NCBI RefSeq assembly: GCF_006345805.1
Contig: NC_043025.1
Span: 8,618,001-8,682,000, forward strand
DNA from: Octopus sinensis
Lineage: Eukaryota
DNA: 64,000 nt
Direction: 5' to 3'
The translations under genes were made by a program, and so were the position numbers. Below the pieces are notes generated by a model. The model was not told the origin of the DNA. It searched no databases and worked only from the letters and a program-made list of their open reading frames with translations. Below are positions 23,381 through 33,780 of the stretch, one piece after another. Positions within the stretch are counted from its first letter, which is position 1. Each line of letters starts with the position of its first letter.

Positions 23381-23880
23381 CATGGGAAGACCTGGCAGAA
23401 CAAGTGAGACCATAACCCGTGGCCTCTACCTGGGACATAGCCAGCCCACTTATGCATACCTTTCCTTCTTGTGACACAAACCCTACTTGTGACGACCTGT
23501 TGAGGCAAGTGAGAATCAAAAATCGAAATCGATCAACATCAATGGAAACTGTAGCTGTGATACCAGTGCCGGTGGCACATAGGAGAACCATCCGAACATG
23601 GCCATTGCCAGCGCCACCCCGACTGGCCTCCGTGCCGGTGGCACGTAAAAAGCACCATCCGATCGTGGCTGTTTACCAGCCTCGTCTGGCACCTGAGCAG
23701 GTGGCACGTAAAAAGCACCCACTACACTCACAGAGTGGTTGGCATTAGGAAGGGCATCAAGCTGTAGAAACACTGTCAGATCAGACTGGAGGCTGGTGCA
23801 GCTTTCTGGTTTCCCAGACCCCAGTTGCACCGTCCAACCCATGCCAGCATGGAAAGCGGATGCTAAACGATGATGATGAT
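23381..23880 (+). mobile_element. 5'-truncated LINE (RTE-like) 3' end with (GAT)n tail (family 3)
   Basis: Longest copy of a family ending ...ggttggcgttaggaagggcatccagctgtagaaac...aaacgatgatgat. Carries variable internal ~50-bp repeats with a gtgccggtggcac hairpin. Many shorter copies occur in both orientations (e.g. 5065, 5690, 10060, 12880, 13940, 22360, 46740, 47645, 48835). Confidence 0.7.
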
Positions 23881-23994
23881 ACCTTTTTTAAATCACATGC
23901 ATATATACACACACACTGACAAACACACTCAGCGTTATGAATATATTTTATAAGGGAGTTAGAAACTTTACCATGTGAAAATGAAAGAGATAGG

Positions 23995-24027
23995 TAAAGA
24001 GAGAAAGAGAGAGAGAGGGGAAGGAAG

Positions 24028-24058
<31 letters not shown>

Positions 24059-24424
24059 GGAAGGAAGGGGAGGGAGAGAAGAGAGAGAGGGAAGGAAGGA
24101 GGGAGGGAAGAGAGAGAGAGAGAGAGGTAAGAAGGAGGGAGGGAGAGAGAGAGAGGAGAGAGAGAGGGAAGGAGGAGGGAGGGAGAGAGATAGAGAGAGA
24201 GAGAAGGAAGGAGGGAGGGAGAGAGAGAGAGAGAAGGAAGGAAGGAGGGAGAGAGAGAGAGAGAGAGAGGGAAGGAAGGAGGAGGGAGAGAGAGAGAGAG
24301 AGAGGGAAGGAAGGAGGGAGGGAGAGAGAGAGAGAGAGAGAGGGGAGGAAGGAGGGAGGGAGAGAGAGAGAGAGAGAGAGGGAAGGAAGGAGGGAGGAGA
24401 GAGAGAGAGAGAGAGGGAAGGAAG

Positions 24425-24455
<31 letters not shown>

Positions 24456-24532
24456 GGGAAGGAAGGAGGGAGGGAGAGAGAGAGAGAGAGAGAGAGGGAA
24501 GGAAGGAGGGAGGGAGAGAGAGAGGGAGAGAC
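23995..24532. repeat. Compound (GA)n/GGAA/GGGA polypurine tract
   Basis: Read directly; source of the SLSLSL ORF. Confidence 0.95.
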
Positions 24533-26607
24533 CTTTTCTGTCACTGGCACAGATTTTGAAATTTTAAAAAATTTAGTGGAAATTTTCAAATTTGCGAATG
24601 GATTTGGTACATGGAAACTGAAAGAAGCCTGCCATATATGCATGCATGTGTGTATGTGTGTATCTTTGTGTCTGTGCTTGTCCCTCCACCACCACTTGAC
24701 AACCAGTGTTGGTGTGTTTATGTCCCCAAAGCTTAGCAGTTAGGCAAGAGAGACCAAAAGAATAAATACCAGCCTTGTGAAAAAAAAAAAAGTACCAGGG
24801 TCAATTCATTCGACTAAAAGTTCTTCAAGACAGTGCTCCAGCATGGCCACAGTCCATTGATTGATACAAGTAATCATCATCATCATCATTTAACGTCCAT
24901 TGTCCATGCTGGCATGGGTTGGATGGTTTGACCAGGGATGGCAACCTGAGGGGCTGCACCAGACTCCAGCCTGATTTAGCATGGTTTTCTATGGCCAGAT
25001 GCCCTTCCTAAGACCAACCACTCCAAGAGTGTAATGGGTGCTTTTACATGCCACCGACACGGATGACATTTGCGGGACACTGGTATCTGCCACGACTGCG
25101 ATTTTACTTGGTTTGATGGGTCTTCTTCTCAAGCACGACATAATACCAAAGACCTTGGTCATTGCTTCCTTAAGGCCCAAAACTTAAAAGGAACTCGCCT
25201 CTGTGAGGCCCAACACTTGAAAGGAACTCAGCCACTTTGCTTCCAAGAGGCCCCTCCCCCCAAAAAAAGGTAAGAGATAGTGTTTTAAAAAGGGATACAT
25301 TATCAAGGGTTCCTGACCTTCCTTCTCGAGCCATGCCTGGCTCATAAAGGCCGGTTTCCTGGTTTCATGGTGTATAGGTTCCCCACCTGGATGGGACGCC
25401 GGTCCATCGCAGGTGAGCTGCAAGATGCAGGAGGAAAGAGTGAGAGAAAATTGTGGCGAAAGAATAAACAGAAGTTCACCATTACCTTCTGTTGGAGCCA
25501 CGTGGAGCTTAGGTGTTTCGCTCATGAACACACACATCGCCCGGTCTGAGTTTCGAACCAGCGATCCCTCGACAGTGAGTCCGCTGCTCTAACCACTAGG
25601 CCATGTGCCTCCATTGAAGGAAAGAGCGAGAGAAAGTTGTGGCAAAAGAGTCAGCAGAAGTTTCGCCATTAAATTCTGCCGGAGCCGCATGGAGCTTAGG
25701 TGTTTCGCTCATAAACACACACATCGCCCGGTCTGAGATTCGAACCCGTGATCCCTCGACCGCGAGTCTGCTGCTCTAACCACTAGGCCATGTGCCTCCA
25801 TAAGGGTTCCTGACCACCGGGCAGTGAACCAACACTAGGCCATGAATCATCTGGTATAAATTTTTTTCATCTTGTTTCTGTTTCATGGACAGTTGCAGTA
25901 TGTAGGGTGTTTTTGCATTGTATATTCATTTACTCATCTCAGACTTTAGAGTGTGGTCATGCTGGAGCAAAGCCATGAACAATTTTTGCCGCATAAATTG
26001 GCCCCAGTACTGGTTTTTATTTGAAGCCTAGTACTTATTTTATCAGTCTCTTTTGCTGAATCACTAAGTTATGGGAATGTAAACACACCAGCACCGGTTG
26101 TGAAGTGGTGGTGGTGTGGGGTTAATTACAGGCACAAAAGACACATACATACACACACACATATATGACGGGCTTCTTTCAGTTTCTGTCTACCAAATCT
26201 ACTCACAAGGCTTTGGTCGGCCTGAGGCTATAGTAGAAGACATTTGCTCAAGGTGTCATGCAGTGGGAATGAACCTGGAACCATGTGGTTGGGAAGCAAG
26301 CTACTTACCACACAGACATGTCAGCGCCTATTGTGTGTGTGTGTGATATGAGTATTGTATATCTAATCATTACATTATATATTGTTTTGTTCTGAAGGCG
26401 CATGGCTCAGTGGTTAGAGCGTCGAGCTTACGATCGTGAGGTTGTGAGCTCGAATCCCGGACCAGGCTGTACGTTGTGTTCTTGAGCAAGACACTTTATT
26501 TCACATTCCTCCTGTCCACACATCTGTAGAAATGAGTTGCGATGTCACAGGTGCCAAGCTGTATCAGCCCCTTTGCCTTTCCCTTGGATAATATCAATAG
26601 TATGGAG

Positions 26608-26808
26608 CAGTGCTTTTCAAACTTTTTGCTGGAGCGGAACCCCAAGGAAACATTCCACTGGCTCGAGGAACCCCTGTGCAATAATTTAATAGTCTTATGC
26701 ACACATATCTGCACAGGACAATTAAAAATTACTGCCGATTTTAACAGTTTTGTAACTTCTTGCGGAACCCCTGGACTGTACTGGCGGAACCCTGGTTGAA
26801 AACCACTG
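26608..26808. mobile_element. hAT-type MITE nested in a tRNA-derived SINE (26393-26940)
   Basis: TIRs cagtgcttttcaa / ttgaaaaccactg with a perfect 8-bp TSD gtatggag at 26600-26607 and 26809-26816. Confidence 0.9.
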
Positions 26809-27677
26809 GTATGGAGAAAGGAGGCTGGTATGCATGGGGGACTGCTAGCCTTCCACAAACAGTCTTGCCCTGACTTGTGCCTCGGAGGGTAACTTTCTAG
26901 GTGCAGTCCCATGGTCATTCATGACCGCATGAGGTCTCCTCTTTATATAGTTTTGTTATGCATGTGATGACCAAGTTCATGGAAAAAATTGTCTGGCATA
27001 AAACTGGTCTGTGGTGCAAGAACAGATTGGGGCTGCTGAGTTAGATCATGTAGTCCTAGACAACTCTAAAAGAAAGAGGTGACGATGGCTGGAATGCTTT
27101 TCATCCCGACTGGATCCTGCCTTATCGGGAGTAACCTAGGGCTAACGGTAACATGGCAGAACACGCTAATATACGCGTATAACACACACAGATGGCCAAA
27201 CACACCAACACATACAAAACTCAGTAAGTTCATTCCAGAGCAGGAGTGGCTGTGTGGTAAGTAGCTTGCTAACCAACCACATGGTTCCGGGTTCAGTCCC
27301 ACTGCGTGGCACCTTGAGCAAGTGTCTTCTGCTATAGCCTCAGGCCAACCAAAGCCTTGTGAGTGGATTTGGTAGACGGAAACTGAAAGAAGCCTGTTGT
27401 ATATATGTATGTATATATATATATATATATGTATGTGTGTTTGTGTGTCTGTGTTTGTATCCCTAGCATTGCTTGACAACCGATGGTGTGCTTACATCCC
27501 CATCACTTAGCGATTCGGCAAAAGAGACCGATAGAATAAGTACTGGGCTTACAAAGAATAAGTCCCGGAGTCGATTTGCTCGACTAAAAAGGTGGTGCTC
27601 CAGCATGGCCGCAGTCAAATGACTGAAACAAGTAAAAGAGTAAAGAGTCACAGAAGTAACCAGTATACACATTACAC

Positions 27678-28225
27678 CAATGGTTTTCAACCGAAATCCA
27701 TATGGCCCCTGAGGGCTCATATAAGATTTGGTGGGGAAGGGTCCCATGCAATAAAATAAGAAATTGGGAATCCACAATAGTATCTAACGGCCCCTGAAAA
27801 AATTTTGCTCTGATGTATGTTTTGTAAGAGACAGCTAGGTTTCACAGTTCAGCCTACATAAGATAATGTGGGAAAAACAAAATAGGAATTTTGAAAGAAG
27901 TTTCTATGAAACTAGTTTTGAAATATAGAATGGCTAGCAGGGGTCCACCAGAATGAAATAGTAATTAAAGGGGTCCATAAGTAAAAAAAAAAATGGTTGG
28001 GAACCCCTGCTTAAGATGTATGTATTGGTTATGTATTGCAAGAAACAGCTGGGTTTCTTTCTCTAACATTTTCCATAGTTCAACCTACACAAGTTAATGT
28101 GTGGAAAACAAAATAGGGATTTTGAAAGAAGTTTCTATAAAACTAGTTTTTAAACATCGAATGGCAATAGAGGTCGACCAGAATAAAATAGTTATTAGAG
28201 GGGTCCGTAGATAAGAAATGGTTGA
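27678..28225 (+). mobile_element. hAT-like MITE (27678-28009) followed by a tandem partial copy
   Basis: Left end caatggttttcaacc, right end ggttgggaacccctg. Same unit as the 50130-51301 array. Confidence 0.6.
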
Positions 28226-29558
28226 GTTCAAATTCTGCCAAGGTCGACTTTGCCTTTCATCCTTTCGGGGTCAATTAAATGTGTACCAGTTACGCCCTAT
28301 GGTCGACATAATCGACTTAATCCGTTTTTCTGTCCTTGTTTGTTCTCCCCGTGTTTAGCCCCATGTGGGTAGTAAAGAAATAGGTATTTCGTCTGCCGCT
28401 ACGTTCTGAGTTCAAATTCGACTTAATCCCTTTGTCTGTCCTTGTTTGTCCCCTCTGTGTTTAGCCCCTTGTGGGTAATAAAGAAACAGGTATTTCGTCT
28501 GCAGTTACGTTCTGAGTTCAAATTCCGCCGATGTCGACTTTGCCTTTCATCCTTTCGGGGTCGATTAGATAAGTACCAGTTACGCACTGGGGTCGATATA
28601 ATCGACTTAATCCGTTTGTCTGTCCTTGTATGTCCCCTCTGTGTTTAGCCCCATGTGGGTAGTAAAGAAATATATATTGGTATATGATGTGAAAATGAAA
28701 AAGTGGTGGGTACGCACACATACACACTGACACACATCGCGTATATCTACAAAATTAAACTTGAAATTTGAAAAAAATTATGTGTATCGATTTAGGTGTG
28801 TGTGTGTGTGCGTGTCCAGTGCGAAACTGGTACTTATTTAATCGACCCCGAAAGGATGAAAGGCAAAGTCGACCTCGGCAGAATTTGAACTCGGAACGTA
28901 ACGACAGATGAAATACCTATTTCTTTACTACCCACAAGGGGCTAAACACAGAGAGGACAAACAAGGACAGACAAAGGGATTAAGTCGATTATATCGACCC
29001 CAGTGCGTAACTGGTACTTATTTAATCGACCCCGAAAGGATGAAAGGCAAAGTCGACCTCGGCAGAATTTGAATTCAGACCGTAATGGCAGATGAAATAC
29101 CTATTTCTTTACTACCCACAAGGGGCTAAACACAGAGGGGACAAACACGGTCAGACAAACGGATTAAGTCGATTATATCGTCCCCAGTGCGTAACCGGTA
29201 CTTAATTTATCGATCCCGAAAGGATGAAAGGCAATATAATCGTAATCTACGCTATCTGAAAGGCACTTGAAGAAACTTACATTAAAAAATATCCATTTTT
29301 TTCCAAAAGTTATGAGGTAACAAAGTCAGGCGGGGAAACACGCGTCGATATAGAACAGGCCAACATTATCACAATAACACACTGTAACTTATATGAATAT
29401 ACACAAACGCAGAAAAATACTAATAAAATACACACAGAGTAGAACAGACCAACATAGTGAGGGCGAGCAGAACACAGCAACAAACATATACAAACGGACA
29501 ACACAATTTCGCAAGGTAAACCTTCAAACGAAGTACGATATTTTCAAAGATAGCCTAC

Positions 29559-29720
29559 CTTCGACCAGTTTGGGGTTTCTTTTTTAATAATAAAAGACAA
29601 ATGCTGTTTTGTGTCACTCAGCCATATTATTGACACACAAGTGATATAAAGAAATCAAAGAAGACAAACTGGAGGTTTTCGACATGAACGGACAAGTTAC
29701 GCGCCATCTGACATAGCAAC
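29559..29720 (-). other. Candidate non-coding first (5' UTR) exon of C2CD3
   Basis: Donor aag|gtaggc at 29559/29558 next to a CpG-richer promoter-like patch. No in-frame ATG reaches the next exon. The upstream boundary is a guess. Confidence 0.35.
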
Positions 29721-29735
29721 GTAAACTTCCGTTAA
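29700..29735. promoter_or_regulatory. Promoter motif cluster: YY1-like cgccatctg, RFX X-box-like tctgacatagcaac, ETS-like acttccg
   Basis: All three motifs lie within 30 bp of unique CpG-richer sequence between the divergent C2CD3 and TIMM21 genes. Confidence 0.45.
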
Positions 29736-29801
29736 GCAGCAGGAGCGGGCGACCCCGAAAATCTAATTAGGAGGCGGGACCTTGGCTACGGAGACTGATT
29801 G

Positions 29802-29911
29802 GGCGTAACTTCGGTATAGGTACAGGAAGTGCCGGATACATTTCAAGAAAGTGTTGTTTTATATATGTATGTATATATATATATAATATATATACATACA
29901 TATATATATAC

Positions 29912-29961
<50 letters not shown>

Positions 29962-30014
29962 TATATATATAATATATATATACATACATATATATATATT
30001 ATATATATATATAT

Positions 30015-30102
<88 letters not shown>

Positions 30103-31006
30103 ATATACACACACAAGTACAGACAAACGGATTATATATATATATATATATATACAAATACAGACAAACGGATTAAGTCGATTACATCGATCCCCAGTGT
30201 GTCACTGGTACTTAATTTATCGACCCGAAAGGATGAAAGGTAAAGTCGACCTCGGCGGGGGTTTAGGGTTAGGAGGTACTACTAGTATTTCGTTCGCCGC
30301 TGCGATCTGAGTTCAAATTCCGCCGAGGTCGACTTTGCCTTTCATCCTTTCGGGGTCGATAAATTAAGTACCAGTTACGCACCGGAGTCGATGTAATCGA
30401 CTTAATCCGTTTGTCTGTACTTGTTTGTCCCCTATGTTTAGCCCCTTGTGGGCAGTAAAGAAATAGGTACTACTAGCGAATAGTGGTCCCGGTGCGCGCA
30501 CGTGCTAGCAAGTCATGAGTAGTCGATCATTACTTTGTGTTATTTACTTTGTTTAAAAAATTTTTTATTTTGTGTTTTATTCACTTTGCTAGGTAGTCGT
30601 TGTAGGATCGACTAGTCACGACTAGCTAGCGCGGATGCGCGAGTACGCGTGTGCGTCAACCGGGACCACTGTTCGCTAATAGTACCGGGTTAGGGTTTGT
30701 ATTAGGGTTAGGGGTGGGAGAAAAGGGTTTCTGTTATCTTCAGAAATGTAAAGAAAGCCACTTACGGTACCTATACCGAAGGATCAATGATTGCTTTAAT
30801 GAATATGAATAGTAATTCTTCGATAAGTGGAATTGGTGATCCTTCGGTATACGTCCCGCAAGTACTGGAAGTGGCTTTGGTTACATTTCTGAAAATAACA
30901 GAAACCCTTTTCTCCCACCCTAACCCTGATCCCCCCTTATATATAAAAAAAAAAACCTTTCTTGAAATGTATCCGGTACCTCCGGTACCTATACCGAAGT
31001 TACGCC
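29802..31006. mobile_element. Composite palindromic (foldback/MITE-like) element with ~49-bp terminal inverted repeats
   Basis: Arms 29802-29850 and 30958-31006. Contains (TA)n, two SINEs and two internal palindromes (30466-30686, 30704-30927) with TTAGGG-like motifs. Confidence 0.65.
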
Positions 31007-32101
31007 AGTAGAATTGTCCCTTGGTTACCGATTTATTGATCTACTGTGTAACCGGCTGAGTATTCCATAGGGACTTGTTGCTAATTTTTTAGGCTTAAAA
31101 TATGTTTAATCAGTGATTCCAGAGCATACTAATGCACGAATAGCAACATTAAATGGTTCAATTAGCAAATACGTAATTTTTTTATCCATTGATTAAACAG
31201 ACATGAAGAAAGAGGATCAAGGGGAAAAAACGCCAATTCAACACCAAAAGCCTCAACTGTTCGCACACCACAAGGTTCAACGGAACCTGTTAAATCAAGC
31301 CAACACGCTCACGACATTACCACGGATGATGGCAAGGATAATCTTCAGATATAATACCAGCGACATAGATAGTGAGGCTATAGTAGAAGACACTTGCCCA
31401 AGGTGTCACGCAGTGGGACTGAACCCGGAATCGTGTTGTTGGTAAGCAAGCTACTTACCACACAGCCACTCCTTAATTTTTATTTTCCGGTTTTATTTAT
31501 TTTATCGTGTTATGTGTCCCCACACGTATTTTTATTGTCTCCTCTATGTTGGCCCCTCGTGGGCCATAAAGAAACACACATGTACCGCATTTATATATAA
31601 AGGCTCTTGTCACATTCTCAACAGTGATTTAGCAAGAGTGCGTGTTGCCAGGGCAGCCCTTGACTCCACACATCGGCTCTCTAAGTCTATACAAGCTTAT
31701 ACAGCTGACAACAAATGTGACTGCCCCAATAAGTGTCGTCTGAGGCGAAGTGTGTGTTGGTAAGGTCGGTTGATATAAGTAAAATAAAGGCTGTTGCGTG
31801 GAAAGAGTCGAGTTATATATTAATCTGATGGGAAGAGTGTAAAAAAAAATAGATTCCAGAAGACAAAGAATATTAAATTCTTTCTAATTTTGGCAAAAGG
31901 CCAGCAATTTAAGCAGAGGTAGGAAGTGGATAACATCAACCTCAGTACGTGTCTGGTACTTATTTTATCGACTTATTTCTTTAAGACAAAACTGACTTCA
32001 GCGGAATTTGAAGTCTGAAAAGAGAGTCGAAAGAAATGCCTCTAAGCATTTTGTCCTGCGTGGTAACAGTTCTGCCAGTTGTTTGCCTTCTCTCTCTCTC
32101 T

Positions 32102-32390
32102 CTATCTGCTCAGTCGAAGTCGACTCTCGGTCACTCGTTGGATCAGTGTCCTCCAGTCAGTTCTATTCTGGGCCACTTCTTTCAGATTGGCCATGTCCAT
32201 TCTCGTATCACTCCTGATGGTGTCAAGCCAGCGGGTTCTTGGTCGGCCTCTTCCTCTCTTGCCACTGACCATTCCGAGCATGATGTCATTCTCCAGGGAT
32301 TCTCTCCGCATAATATGACCAAAATATGCTAATCTACGCTTGGTGATCCCAACTTCTAGCGACATTTTCGGCCTTACAAAGTCCAATAAA
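32102..32390 (-). mobile_element. RTE/BovB-like LINE 3' end fragment
   Basis: RRLAYFGHIMRRESLENDIMLGMVSGKRGRGRPRTRWLDTI...AQNRTDWR is a typical RTE ORF C-terminus. Confidence 0.88.
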
Positions 32391-32607
32391 TAGTTTTCTT
32401 TTGGAGTCGTTCCAGAATCGGGTTACATTTCTAATTTTACAACAACTCCAATTTCTATGCGAGGGGAGATAATTCTCAAAGCAATGTGATATCTGGAAAG
32501 GTTAAATAGAGTAACTCGGGTCACATTTTCATCAAATGTATACATAATAATAAAAAAAGAAGTGCTTAAACTTTGTGAAGATGATCAGAATCGGTTATTT
32601 ATTTCAG

Positions 32608-32938
32608 ATGCCTCATTGTAACAGGCCGACGTCATTATTACTATTATTATTAAACAGAAGTAATTTCAAACCCACCCTGACACATAGTAACTGTTTGTTG
32701 GCCGTCCCTAACCTAAAACCAGTCTTTCCTCTCATTCGGACGTCCCGGCTGCATTCCGCCTGTTTCAGCCTTAACAAAGACAGCCGAATACTAACTACAG
32801 CAGCATCGAAATGCACCAATGTAAATATCAGGTTTGCTTCGGAGAAAAAACAGACAGACAGCGAGGACCCTGGCGAAAAAAAGGAGTTGATGGAGGCATG
32901 GAAAAGCCCTTACGAAGGCTTAAACTTAGGCGAAAAAG
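32608..32938 (+). CDS. TIMM21: TIMM21 coding exon 1 (mitochondrial presequence region; alternative in-frame ATG at 32581)
   Basis: MPHCNRPTSLLLLLLNRSNFKPTL...KSPYEGLNLGEK. Basic/hydroxylated, acid-poor N-terminus. Donor g|gtcagt in phase 1 gives GEK-V-KEA as in TIM21. tttatttcag directly before ATG 32608 suggests an upstream UTR exon. Confidence 0.85.
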
Positions 32939-33369
32939 GTCAGTTAAATTTCACCTTTTCATAGCCATTGTTATTAAGACACTTGGGGTCTTCTTTTTTA
33001 TGATTTAGCCAGAAGTGGAAGACCTTTGCAAGTACTTTGAAACTAGTGGGGGAAAGGAAAGCAGCTTTCCTCGGGTCAAAATTAAACTTTGCTTAAGGAG
33101 CCGGGTGATGTTAAACGGGTCGACGGATTAAGTCCACCACCCAAATATACGACGGTCCTTCCGACAGGTTTTTTTTACACAGTTATCGTTAACTAAATTC
33201 CGTGCATGAATTGTTGCTCTGTTTAGTCCCGAGCCAGCATTGACCAAGCTGGTCTACGGTCAAATGAGTTCCAACAACATCTTATTCTTTATATGTATCA
33301 AAAGTCTTCGTAATGGAACCTGTTCCTTTTTAAGGCAGTAGGATATTATTTGAGAGAGACCAGGCTGTT

Positions 33370-33780
33370 GGGATCTTTTCGATTTGAACGGCAGTTTTTT
33401 TAAAATAATTTCTAGGTAACTAAACACTTTTAAACTTCGTATACTGGTAGATTGTTTTTATAAAACATCTTTTTCTCTTGGCTTTATTGAGAAAATTCTA
33501 TAGTTTATAAGATATTTGTTGTTGTTTTTTCTTCAATTTCTGCAATTTCAACCAATCAATGACGTCTATTGAGGTAATAAAACATTCTGTGCCGTATGAA
33601 CATGTCCCTCGTTTAAGAAACAGATTGGGTTTATTTACATTTCTGAAGAAAAAAAAATACCCCCCCCCCAACCCTAACCCACATTGAAATGCAATAGATC
33701 GATACTAGGGTCATAATTATGGGTGACAATTTCATATGACACCGCTAGAAAAAAACTGCCGTTCAAACCGAAGAGATCCC
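33370..33780. mobile_element. MITE with ~31-bp TIRs
   Basis: gggatcttttcgatttgaacggcagttttttt ... aaaaaactgccgttcaaaccgaagagatccc, with an internal ccctaaccc motif. Confidence 0.8.

Noticed and set aside
26393-26470. tRNA-like sequences with A and B boxes (also at ~37084, ~53108, ~60081)
   Set aside because: Each continues into a multi-copy SINE body and lacks a complete cloverleaf with a 3' acceptor stem, so these are SINE heads, not tRNA genes.
29804-29819. loxP-like arms (gtaacttcggtata / tataccgaagttac versus ATAACTTCGTATA)
   Set aside because: The arms are 1.2 kb apart as parts of longer TIRs, carry an insertion and a substitution, and lack the 8-bp spacer geometry. Treated as chance resemblance.
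30255-30930. TTAGGG/CCCTAA telomere-like motifs
   Set aside because: Only 1-2 units at a time, embedded in palindromic MITE-like sequence; not a telomeric array.
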